Shown: positions 1 to 12,000 of the stretch, piece by piece
Layout: the number at the start of each line of letters is the position of its first letter
Numbering within the stretch: position 1 is the first letter of the stretch
IMG/VR virus record: IMGVR_UViG_2832220722_000003
Span: 15,218-79,217 of that record
Strand: one strand, 5' to 3'
Origin: a virus
Lineage: Duplodnaviria > Caudoviricetes
DNA: 64,000 nt
Notes under the pieces: generated by a model
The model's database searches: none
The model's input: only the letters and a program-made list of their open reading frames with translations
What the model was told of the DNA's origin: nothing
Position numbers and translations under genes: made by a program

Positions 1-3000
1 TTCCCCGGGCCTGCGCCATCAGCTGGTGGATTTCCTGCGGGCTCACGGTGCCGTCGTCCACGGCGTCCTGCAGGGCCTTGGCCAGGTCGGGCTCGTACTG
101 GAAATTCTTGTCCGTCCACGACTTGCGCATGTCGTTCAGCGCGCGCGCCATCTGGCCGGCTGCCTGCTTCATGCCGCCGTACTGCGACAGCCAGGGCATC
201 GTGATCTGGAAGGGCTGGGTCATGTTGACCATGGCCGAAGCCGCCGACCCGCCCAGGTACTGCGCGAACAGCATGCCGCGCACGGCCTGCCCTTCCTCCT
301 GCGGGTCTTGGATGTAGCTGCGCAGGCCCATGGCCACGTCGCGCAGCTCGCCCATTTCCTTCGGGATGCTCTCGACCGCCTTCTCCATCGTGCCCGCGTT
401 CAGCCCCCCGGAGCCCAGGCGGGCATTGGAGTAGACGAAGCTGGCAAGCACGCGGCCCACATCCTCGCTGTAGCCGTCGATGCCCTTGCGGTGGATCAGG
501 CGCTTGAGCGCGGAGTGGTTGTTCTTGGCCAGTTGCAGGTAGGCCTGGAAAGCCTTGTCCTTGGCCTCGCCGCCGCTGCCGCTCAGCCCCAGCATTTCCC
601 CGAACTGCTCCAGGCTCTCGGGGGTGATGCCCTGGAACAGCTTGAATGCCTGCTGGCTCATGGTTCCCTGCGTGATCGCCGCGCCGGGGAACACAGACGC
701 CATCTTGAGCTTCATCTGATTGGCCTCGCGCTGGCTCTCGAACATGCCGAAATACTGGCGCTCGCCGCCCTGGTCCACCACATCCACGGTGTACCGGCCG
801 AAGCGCGACAGCGGCGCGTAGCCGTGGTCCATCAGTTCGTTCGCCGTCTCGTGGCGCGTCACCACCTGATTGCTGATCTGCAGCAGGCGGTCGGCCTGTT
901 CCTCATTCTCGCGCGCGTCGCCTTGCAGCGTCTCCACCACCAGGTCAAAGGCGTCCCGCAGGGTTGGCTGGCCCAGCACCGCCTCGCGCATCGGGGCGTA
1001 GGCCTCGCCCATCAGGCGCAGCATGTCGGTGCGGGCGGTCATGTCAATGCTGCGGTCGATGGCGGCACGCGCCTCCTGGTACAGGCTCACCTGGCCGTCG
1101 CTCAGGCCGAACAAGGTTTTCAGCTCTTTTGCACTCCAGACAATGCCGGGCTTGAGGATCGTGCTCTCAAATTTGTTGTTGATGATGGCCTCGAAGCGGT
1201 CGAGCGGCTGGCCCTGCCACACCTTCAACATCTGCGGCTGAATCTTGCCGGTGCGCAGCAGAATCTGCGCCTTCTCGTCCGCGCTGGCGTTGCGGTACTT
1301 GTCGTTGAGCGCTTCCGTGGTCACAGGCTCGCCGTCCAGGTCGCGCGCCCACATCAGCGTGCCCTCGAACAGCGGCTTGGCCACGGCCTTGTTGTCGGCG
1401 GCCGTGATCGGCTTCTTCTTGAGGTCGGCCAGCGTCTCCACGCGCGGCATCAGGCGCGGTGCCGCGTCGGCCGCGTCGTTGGCCAGCATGGACACGTCAT
1501 CGATGAAGCGCTGCGCGGCGTCGAACACCGGCTTGAACTGCGGCACCCGCTCACCCAGGTGGCGCATGGTGCCCACGGTCTTGTCCCACAGCGACACCTT
1601 GCCCGGGTGGGTGAAGGTCTGCGTGATCTGGTCGATGGCGCTGGACTTCAACCGGTTGAAGTCGGCCGCGCCGAAGTGGGCGGCGTCTTCTGCGGGCGCT
1701 GCGCCCTGGCCGCGCGCGCCACGCCCGCGCAAGGCCTTGTCCTCGCCCATCACCGCCACGCCCAACTCCAGCGCCTTGGATAGCGCATCGGTCGAATCCT
1801 GCTGCAGCCCCAGGATGGAGCGCAGGATGCGCACGAAGCCATCCCATGCCGTCTTGAGCGTGCTGCCGCTGGGCGCCTCCATCTTCCGCAGCGCGCGCTG
1901 GAATGCGGGATTGGTGAACGCTTCGGCCACGAACTCACCCACGTTCTTCATGCCGTACTGCCCGGCCGCGCCGCTCTGGCGCTTGACGTGCTCATACAGG
2001 CGGCGCATCTGCAGCGAAGCCAGCCCCTTGCGGTCCAGCGCGCGCAGCGTGGCCGCGTGGATCATCTCGTGCATGAAGATGTGCTCGGCCTGCGCCTGGG
2101 CGCCGGGCGTCAGAGTCAGCGTGTCGTTCTTGCGGCTGTACTTGGCCAGGAAGGTGAAGCCGTCAGCCCCACCCATGCTCTCCTGCGACAGTGCCACGGC
2201 GGGCGCGGCCCCGGTCTTCGTCAGCAGGCGTGCCACCTTCCGGTTGAAGGGGCTGCGCGAGGTGCCCGCGATCATGCGCAGGATGCTCGCCGCATCGCGG
2301 CCCTCGCCCACCATGTCCATGATGGCGCGGTCGGTCGGCGTGCCGGTGCTGGTCCGGCTGGCGGCCCGCGCCTGGCCGCCCTTGTAGAAAATCCCCTTGG
2401 CCTGCTCGCCTACCAGTTGACGCGGCTGCCGTAGAGCTTGCTCCAGTAGTCCGGGTCTTTGGCTGCTCTCTGTACGTGCCAGGGTATTGAGGAGAATGCC
2501 TCTTTTAAGCGTTCGCTCCCCAGCGCCTGCCGCTCGCACTCGGCCAAACTTAGATGCCCACCCTCGTAGCACCTCATCAGAAAGGGGTGCGCCTTGAGAG
2601 TTGCGGAAGGTTCCGGTGGTGAAGTCGTAGCGGGCGCGGCGAAATTCGGGGACATGGGCGGCAATCGAGGCCAGCGAGACATCGATCATGCGCTGGATGT
2701 TGCCTATGGTATCGCCACCACGCCACTGCAGCGCAGGAATCCCGAGTTTTTCGTCACCCTCGACCTGGCGGGCGTGCGGCTCCATGTGGTCGGTGCTGCC
2801 GTGCTTGATGGCCGACGAGATCATGGCCTCCAGGCGGCGGCGCATCGCAACGTCCGACAGCCCCGTAGGGTCGCCGATGAACACCTTGCCCTCGCTGGCC
2901 GCGTAGTCCATCAGCGCGGCGTAGATGGCATTGCCGCCGTCGCCCTCATCGAGGCGGCTCACGTCCAGCCACAGCTCGTTGCCCTTCTCGTAGACGTAGA

Positions 3001-6000
3001 AATCGCGGCCCTTGGCGGTGCGGAACATCAGCTTGGTGTCGGCGCCGCTCTCCTGGCGCTCGTCCTCAGCCGTCACGTCGCCCACGAACTTCACCGATGG
3101 GTCGATCTGGCGCAGCGCCGCCTCGGCGGAGCCAGCCCGCACCACCGGGTTCTGGAAAAGCTCGTCCACCGCGGCCAGCTCGGCCATCACCTCGGCCGCG
3201 AAGGTATCGGCAGGCGCGGCCCGCACGCCGGCATGCGCCTCGTCCGGATTCTCGTCGGCTTCGGCCTGGGCCTCGGTGGTGGGCTCGGCCTGCTGCTTGC
3301 CTTCCAGCAGCGTCACCAGCTCGGCCAGGCGCGCGCGCTTGGTGGCCAGCTCCTGCGCCTTGGGGAAGCCCTCGCCCTTGCGCGCTTCCAGCGCCGGCAG
3401 GTCGCGCTCGGCCTGGGCCATCTGGCGCGCCAGGTACTCGGGGTCGGTGCTCCTGGCGTTGCGGTAGATGTCATTCACCAGGCTCTGCAGCAGGCCGCGC
3501 AGATTGGTCGCGGTCAGGTCGCCAGTCTGTACGTTGCCCGAGTGGCTGGCCACCGTGCGATCGCCGTCCATCAGGGTCAGGCTCGGCTCGTAGACGGTCG
3601 CGCCGTCCTTCATCGGCATGGGCACCAGATCGCCCACCAGCTGGTAGCCCAGCATCTCGCCCAGGGCGAAATTCTGCAGTTCGTCCTGGCCCTTCATGGC
3701 CTGGTTCATCCGCTCTGCCGCCTCGCGCGCCGCGGCGGTGCGCTGGGTGAATACTTTGCCGCCCACGGTCGCGGCGAACGGGTCCACGTCACCCAGGGCG
3801 GCCGTGATCTGGTCGGAAATACCGTCCTTGGTCGTCACGCGCCGGCCGTTGATGGTCACGGCGTAGCGGGCCTTGTCGTTGCCGCCCTGCTGGTCCTTCA
3901 CAATGGCCTCGGCCGCCGCAAATGCGTCCTTCACCGTGCCGTAGGCCTTGCCCTCGATGGTCACGCTGCGCGCGTCCTGCTCGGCTTCCAGCGCGGCGAT
4001 GGCATCCTTGGCCTGGGTGCGGCGCTGCTCGGCAGCCTCGATGCGGCCCGGGTTGTCCTTGATGGCCTGGCGGGCGAAGCGAAGTTCGTCCTCCACGCCC
4101 CACATCTTGCGGCGGTGCGCGCGCTCCTGCAGCTCCAGGGTCTGGATTTCGGACTCGACCTTGACGCGCTCCAGCAGCATAGGATTGCCCGAAGCCAGCG
4201 CAGCCATTTCCGCCATGCCCACAGCTTCCTCGTCCTCGAACTCCATCGTGAAGGCGCCGGTGTACTTGCGGATGCCGTTGATGGTGCGCAGCTTGGTCGC
4301 GTTCAGGTCCCACATCTTGGCGTCCGTGGTGCGCTCGGTCGCGTAGGCCAGCAGTTCCACCTCGAAGTCATCGCCGTACTTCGCCAGCAGCTCGTTGCCC
4401 TGGCGGATCGCGCGGCCCTCGCGCTGCTCGATGTCGCTGGGCTTCCAGGTCACGTCCACGTGGTGCAGGCCCACCACGCGCTGCTGCACGTTGGTGCCGG
4501 CGCCCATGCGCGGCGTCGAGCCGATGAGCACGCGCACCTTGCCGCCGTTCACGGCGTCGAACAGCGCGGCCTTCTGCTCGTCGTTGTTCGCCTCCTGCAC
4601 GAACCGGATTTCGTCGGCCGGGATGCCCGCGGCGATCAGGTTGTCCTTGATCTGCTGGTAGGCGCTCCACGGCGAGGTCTGCGCCAGGCGCAACTCGGCG
4701 ATTTCGTTGCTGTCGTAGCGGTCCAGGGCTTCCTGGGCCGCGTCGAATGCTTCCTGGTCATCGACGCGCAGCGCCTCCGAGCGCTTGGTCAGCAGGGCGT
4801 CGTACTCCCTGATGATCTTGTCGTCGCCCTTGGCCTTGGGCACGGATCGGTCCAGAAACACCAGCTGCGTGCCCTTGTCGTCACGCCACTTGTCGTAGAT
4901 GCGCTTGACGTTCTCGCTCACCACCTGCAGCTTGCCGCCTTCCTCCTGGCTGGCGCTGCGCGGATCCACGGCGCGAATGTCCAGGGACAGCTTGCGCGCC
5001 CGGTCCATCAAGCGCAGACGCTCGGCGTTGCGCTCGTATGGGTCTTTGATGTCCTCCAGGCCATCAAAGCTGGCCATCACCGCCTTCAACTCGGCATCCT
5101 GGGCTGGGGTGGGCTTGATCGTCACCAGTTGGCGGTCCTTGCCCCCGGCGATCTTGGGCACAGGGAAGGCGGCGCCGTCGTTGTCCTCGGCGTAGAAGCG
5201 CTTGATGTCGTCCAGGCTCACCGCGTCCGTCACCTGGTAGTACAGGTCCATCAGCGAGCGCATGTTGGACCAGGTGCGGCCCAGGCGCGTCACCTGCTTG
5301 AGGCGGCCCGATTCGGTCGGCTCAAAGGCCGGCGTGGCCTCCACGAACTGGGCGCGGAAGGCGTCGAAGTGGGTCAGCCCCATTTCCTCCAGCGAGTCGG
5401 CGGCGAGGTAGCGCAGCATGGTGAACATCTCCACCGCGCTGTTGCTGATGGGCGTGCCCGTCAGGAACGTGACGCTGCCCGTGGGCTGCTCGCGCAGCAC
5501 GCGCACCTTGTTGTACAGGTCGTTCGCCTTGCGCGAGCCGGTCTTGTCGCCCATGCCGCGCACGCCGGTCAGGTTGGACGAGTAGTAGAGGTTCTTGAAC
5601 TCGTGGGCCTCGTCCACGGTCATGTCGTCCACGCCCAACTGCTCGAAAGTCAGCAGGCGGTCGCGCACGCCCTCGGCCAGGCGGTCCATGCGGCCCTGGA
5701 TCTTCTCGGCCAGGCGCTCGGCCTCCTTCACGCCGAAGGGCTTGCGCCGGCCACCGTCCTGGCCGTCCTCGCGCGCCTGCTGCCATGCGTCCTCGATGGC
5801 GGCCTGGGCCTGGGCCATTTCCAGCTGCAGGTAGCGGCTTTCCGTCTCGGGCGCGATGCCGATGAAGCCGAAGGACGAATGGGGCACGATCACGATGTCC
5901 CAGTCGCCCGTGGCGATCTTGCCGAACAGGCGGCGGCGGCGCTTGGCCTCGAAGTCCTTCTTGCCGGCGGCCAGCACCTTGGCGCCCGGGTACAGGCGGT

Positions 6001-9000
6001 ACACGTCCGCCTCCCACTGCTCCACCAGGTGGTTGGGCACGACGATCATCGGCTTGCGCGACAGCCCCATGCGGCGGCGCTCCATGGCCCGCGCGATGGC
6101 GGTGAAGGTCTTGCCCGCGCCCACGGCGTGGTCCACCAGCATGAAGCGCTCGTAGATGCCGCGCCAGATGGCATTCATCTGGTGGCGGCGCATCTTGATG
6201 AGGGTGTCCGGCACCTTGCCGGGCAGCTGCAGGTGCTGGCCGTTGAACTGGCGCACCACGCGGGTGTTGAACTTCTCGTTGAAGATGCCCACCAGGTGCT
6301 GGCGCCGGTCGCCGTCCTTGAACACCCAGTCCCCGAACTCGGCTTCGATTTCGCGCGCCTTGAGCCCCGCGAGCGCGGTCTTCTCCTTGTCGATGTAGGT
6401 GTTGCCGTCCGCATCGCGGCCCGTCACCGTCACGGCCTTGCTGTTCAGCACGCGCGACACGATGTAATCGACCGGCGCCCCCTCGGTGCTCCAGTTGGCC
6501 ATGGCCGCGCGGTCACTGCTGTCCAGGCTCACGTTGAAGCTGTTGGTCAGCGGCGAGAACGACACGCGGGCCTTCCCTCCTGCCAGGTGCTGCACGAAGT
6601 CCGCGTACACGTCTGCCGGCACCCAGGTGCCGCCCAGCGTGACCGTGACGTTTTCGGCCGTCCAGTCGGCGGGGATTACCCTCTCCAGCGCCTGCACGTT
6701 CTGCGCCATGCCGGCCGCGCGCGCGGCGTTCAGCTTGCGCTTGACCAGGCCCGACAGGTAGGCGTCGGCCGTCTCCCAGGTCTGCGTCTCGGGGTCTTGG
6801 AACACCAGCGGTTCATCGCCCTGCTGCAGTTGCTGCGCCGCCTCGGCCTGGTTCACGCCCAGCAGCGAAGCGATGCGCTCCATGTCCACCCGGCCGCGCT
6901 CGGCCAGGGTGATGGCCAGGGCATCAGAAGCCGTCGCAGCCTTGGTCGCGGGCTCGTACTTCGGCACCACGCGCTCGCGCAGGATTGGCGCGGCCGTTGC
7001 CTGCTCCTTCTGCGCGGGTAGGCCCGAGCGGGCGGCCTGCTCGGCGGTGCGCGCAGGCTGGTAGCCCACCTCCAGGGCCGCCACCAGCCCGCCATCGGGC
7101 ATCGTCATGGCCATCTTGAGGTTGGTGGAGCGGTTCACCGGGCCGTTCGCCTTCACGAAAGCCTCGTATGCCTTGGCCAGCGCCTTGCGGTTGCCCTCCA
7201 TCACGGCCTGAGCCGCGTCGGCGGTTTCCAGCACCAGCTGGCGCTTGAGCAGGTCGCGCAGCCCCACCAACCCCTCCAGGCGCTGCATGCCCAGCTTGCC
7301 CAGGCGCATTTTCTCGGGCACATCGGCCGGCGTGTCGAACACCTTGCGCTCGTACAGGTTGCGGCGCGTCTCCTTGCCGTCATCGCCCAGCGCCTTGAGC
7401 TTGTTGCCCTCGGCGTCCGTGGCCTGCTCCAGCACGTACCACTTGCCGCTGGCGTCCTGGCTCAGGGAGTCGTGCCAGGGACTGGCCTCGTTGATAGGCT
7501 GGTAGGCGAGCTCGTAGTCCCCCTCGGGCGTCTCGCGCTCGATGACGCGCAGTAGCCCCTCGGGCGTGCGCTTGACGTGGCCGGCTTCCTCGTTGGCGAC
7601 GGCGATGCGCAGGGCGTCGCTCATGCTCTTGTGGCGCGCGGCCGTGGCGGCCAGCACCTGCTGGTCGAAGTTCTGGATGTTCTCGGGCAGGCGGGCCACG
7701 GCCTCGCGCAGCAGCGCGCCCAGCTCGGCCGGCCTGTCCAGGCGTACGGTGATGTCGGCGCCGTGCTGCGTGGAGCCGGAGCGCTCCAGCACGCCCAGCA
7801 CGTTGCGGGCGTTGTCGCGGAAATAGGCGTTGACCGTCATGGCCTCGCCGCCCAGCGGATCGGGCACCTGCACGGTTTCCACCCAGGCCGGCACCAGCGC
7901 GGCGGCGGCCGTGTCGGCATCCTTCTTCTTGGCGGCCACCTTGCGGTACTCGGCCACGGCCGCCTCCATGGCAGCCTGCGCGCCCGCGTCCAGCTTCTGG
8001 AAGATCAGGATGTCCGTCACCACATCGGTGCGCGCGTTCTCCTTGAATGCCGTGTCGGGCAGGCGGAAGGCGGCCACCAGCTTTGCCTGCTGGGCCAGCG
8101 CCAGGCGCGTGCTCTTGTCCTGGGCGTCCATGAGGAAGCGCGACACCACCATGGCCTGCAGCCCCCCGGGGCGCAGCGCGTCCATGCCGGCGCGGAAGAA
8201 CTGGTTGTGGATCGACACACCCTGCAACTCGGGCTTGAACTGGAAGCGCAGGGACTCGCTGCCGAATGGCGGGTTGCCGATGTTCAGCATGAAAGCGTTG
8301 TCCGCCACCGGCACCTTCTGGAAGCCGGAGTGCAGCACCGTCGCCTGCGGGTACAGGGCCTGGCCGATTCGCGCCGTCAGGCTGTCGTACTCCACGCCCA
8401 CGAAGCGGTTGGCCATGTCCTTGGGCGCCAGCCCCAGGAAGTTGCCCGTGCCCATGGACGATTCCAGCACCAGGCCGCCCCGGTAGCCCAGGCGGCGCAC
8501 CATGTCCCACATGGCGGATACCACGGTCTGCGACGTGTAGTGCGCGTTGCGCGTGGAGCGGCGCGCGGCGGCGTATTCCTCCTTGGTCAGCAGGTCGCGC
8601 AGCGCCTCGCCGCGCTCCTTCCACTTGTCCTTGAAGTTGCCGCTGATGGGGTCGGGGAAGGCACTGGCCAGGCCGCCCCAGCCCACGTAGCGCGCCAGCA
8701 AGGCCTGCTCGTCGGGGCTCGCGCGGCGGCCCTCGGCCTCGATGTGCTTGAGCGCACGGATCGCGGCCAGGTTGTCGTTGAACTTCTGAACCTCGCCGCC
8801 CTTGCCCAGCTCCACGTCATCGGTGATCTGGAAATCGGCGGCCGGAATGTTCGGGGCGCTGGCCTCACCCCCGGGGACGGCTACTCGGCCATCGTCTTCC
8901 GGTACGCGCGCTCCTGCGCGGCTATTTCCTTGCGCTCCCACGGCGCCAGGTTGGTGGCGGGCTCGGGTTTGAGCAGGACGAACTGCGGGAGCGCCACTTC

Positions 9001-12000
9001 CTCCGCTTCGTGCTGCTGGAAGCCCTGCGCCATTAGGTCCAGCACCTGCTGCTGCGTTGCCTTGCCGGCCGTCTGCAGGGCTTGCTCCAGTTCCCCGCTC
9101 GCCTTCAACTCGGCCACCTTCTGCGGCAGCCACTTGGCCCAGTGCTTGCGGGCCATCGCCTCGTATGTCTGCGCGCTCATTGCCTGTCTCTCCGTTCTGG
9201 TCGGCGCCGGCCGGCGCTTCGTCCATGGTATCGGTTTCCGGTTCTGCCGGGGTGGCGTTGTGCGCCTCGATTTCCGCCTTGTCCTCGATGTCGATCACCG
9301 CGCGCTTGGTGTCAACGCCCTGCTTGCCGCCGGCCATGGCGATGTAGGCGCCCTGCAGGTGATCCAGGGTCAGCGCATCGGCCGCGGCCGCGCCCAGGTG
9401 CTCGCGGATTTGGTCGAGCGAGAACTTCGCCGCGTCCTTGAACTTGTGATACCCCAGGCGGAAAGCCGCGTCGAGCACGCGCGTCAGCACCGGCAGCAGC
9501 TTCTGCTCCTGCTCGGGCATCATGTTCAAGCGCGTGCCCTTGCCCAGGATGTCGCCCAGGTCCGCCAGGGCGTTCATCAGGTCGGCCTTGGCGCGGGTCT
9601 GGTCGGCGCTGGGCTTCTTCTTGACCGTGGTGGACGGCTGCGGCGCGGGGGCTGGCGAGGCCAGCACGGCCCGAATGTCATCTGCCGTGAAGTCTTCTTC
9701 CAGCTTCATGGTGACAGAATCCACTTGCGCCTCTGTAAGCCCAAGAGGGCGTAGCTTTTCGATCAGCGCAGCCTTGTCGATGTCTCCGTCAACATACGCT
9801 CGCACTGCCGATATGGCCGGGTTGATCTTGTCGGCGTCCTTCATATTGGCGGGCGCTTGTGCTGGAGCTGACGCGGCTGTGGCTTCCGCCTCCAGCTTGG
9901 CCAGCAGCGCGCGCTTGGCAGCCAGCGAGGTCTTGCCCGTGGCGCGCACGCCCTTGGTGTCGTTGTTGGACACGGCCACCTCGGCGTAGAAGTGGCCGTC
10001 CATGTCCTTCGTCACCACGCCGCCCGTGCGGCCGATGCTGGCCAGCAGGCGCTTTTCCTCGGCCTCGCTCCAGGCGGCTTCCCTCGGAGCCAGCGCAGGC
10101 GCGGCGCGCTTCTTCGTCTTGGTCGGATCACGGACCCATGCCTTGAATTCGTCCTGCGTCATCTGCGTGATGGCGCCCAGGCCGGTCCAGCCCCTCTCGT
10201 AGTTGCCCAGGTACGTGGCGCGCGCGCCGGCCTCGTCGGCCGCGCCCATCACCACCTTGTGCTCGTCAAAGGAACCATCCTCGTTCACCTGGTCCACCAC
10301 GAACACCGGCAGGTCGGGGTCGGCGGCGCGGTTGGTCATGAACACGTCCACGTGGTCCTTGTCCGCGCCCACGGAGCCCTTGAAGTAGCCGTAGTGGTTC
10401 TTGAGCGGCGGCCACTCCGGGCGACGGCGGCTGCCGGCCGGGTTCTCGATGCTGATGTCCAGGCCGTTGAGGCGAACGTGCCCCTTCTTGTAATTGCCGG
10501 CCTCGATCTGCGCCTCGGTGGGCGCAGGCAGGTCGTTCTTGTGGCTGGTCGCGGCCTCGTGGGCGGCGGCGGTCACTGCTGCGGTTTCGGTCTGGGCATC
10601 CTGCCGCTCAGTCGTCAACGATTCGTTGACAACTGCCTGGCGCGGGATGGCGGCCGGCGCCGGTTTGGCCGTGGCACCAGGGCCGGCAGACCGCACCGTA
10701 ACGGGCGCGGCTTCGGCCTGGACCTGGGGCGCGATGGCGGCGGCGATCTTGAGCTTGATGTCGCCGTTCAGGTTCTCCCACTGCGCGCGCGGCAGGTTCT
10801 TGGCCAGGACCGGCTTGACCCCATCCAGGCGCGCGGTGATGGCCTGGCGGTCGGCCACGGGCATGCGCGTCCAGGCCGCGCCAGCGTCATCGAGGCGCTG
10901 CGCACGCTGGGCGCGCGCGGCGTCGTTGGTCAGCCCTTGGGCTGCAGCGGCAGGTGCTGCGCCAGCTTGTTCAAGGCCGGCACCTTGTCCGGCAACTGCA
11001 CCGCCCGGCGCTGCTCCTGCTTGCGCTGGTTGCGCGCTGCCTTGCTGGGCTTGAGTGGTTTCCGCGCCATTGGTTTTCGCTCCTTCATTGATAGCTGATT
11101 GCGCGGTTTTCGCGCGGGTTTGAAGCTCTTTTTGAATCTTTTTCTGGCGGCCGTGGTCGGCGGGCAAGAGGCTGGCCAGCTGGTTCAACTCCTCGGTGCT
11201 CAGATCGGGCAGTTGCTTGCGGTTCAACTGCGCCAGGGTCGCCACGCTGGCGCCCTCGGCCTTGGAGCCAGGCGCGGCCCGCGCCGCATCGCTCGCACCC
11301 TGGATGTCGATGCGGTCGGGCACCGCGCCGGCATCCTCTTGCACGCGGGCAAAGGCGCTGTCGGGCGCGTCGGGCATGCTCGCGGCGGCCTGCTCGGCGC
11401 GCAGCTCAGCCTGTAGGGCGTCTTCCTCGCGGTTGGCGCGGCGGCGGCTCAGTTCCTGGGCCAGCTGGCGGCGCACATCCTTGGACTGCGCAGCGCGGAA
11501 GGCCGTGGACAGGTCGGCATCGCTCCACTGCGAAACGCTGGTGTCCGAAATCTCGCCAGTATTCGGGTCAACCGCTTGCGCTGCCGTGCTTTCCCGCTCC
11601 TTTTTTTGATCCGCAGGCTTCGCCTTCTTGGCGTCCTCTGCGGCCTGGGCCAGCATCGTGGCCTGCTGCACCTCGGCGCTGGCGCCGGTATCCACGGCCA
11701 GCGCGGCGGCGTTCTCCAGCGTGCCGGCAGCGGGGCCGGGGCGCAGACCCATGGCTTCTGACGGGCGCGGCGTGGTAGCGCCCGTGGACTGATAAATCTC
11801 GTCGTCCGGGCTCTCCATGGCGCGGCCCGCCGCGATCTGCGCATCGCGCTCGGCCTGAGCTTGGGCCTGCTGGCGCGCCAGCGCGGCGGCACCATCGGGC
11901 GGCGCGGCCTGCGGAACCTGGGGTTCGCCCTGCTCCTGCTCCTGCAGAGCCTTGAGGCGCGCGGCGAACTCGTTGCTCACGCGCTCCAGCCCCGCATTGG

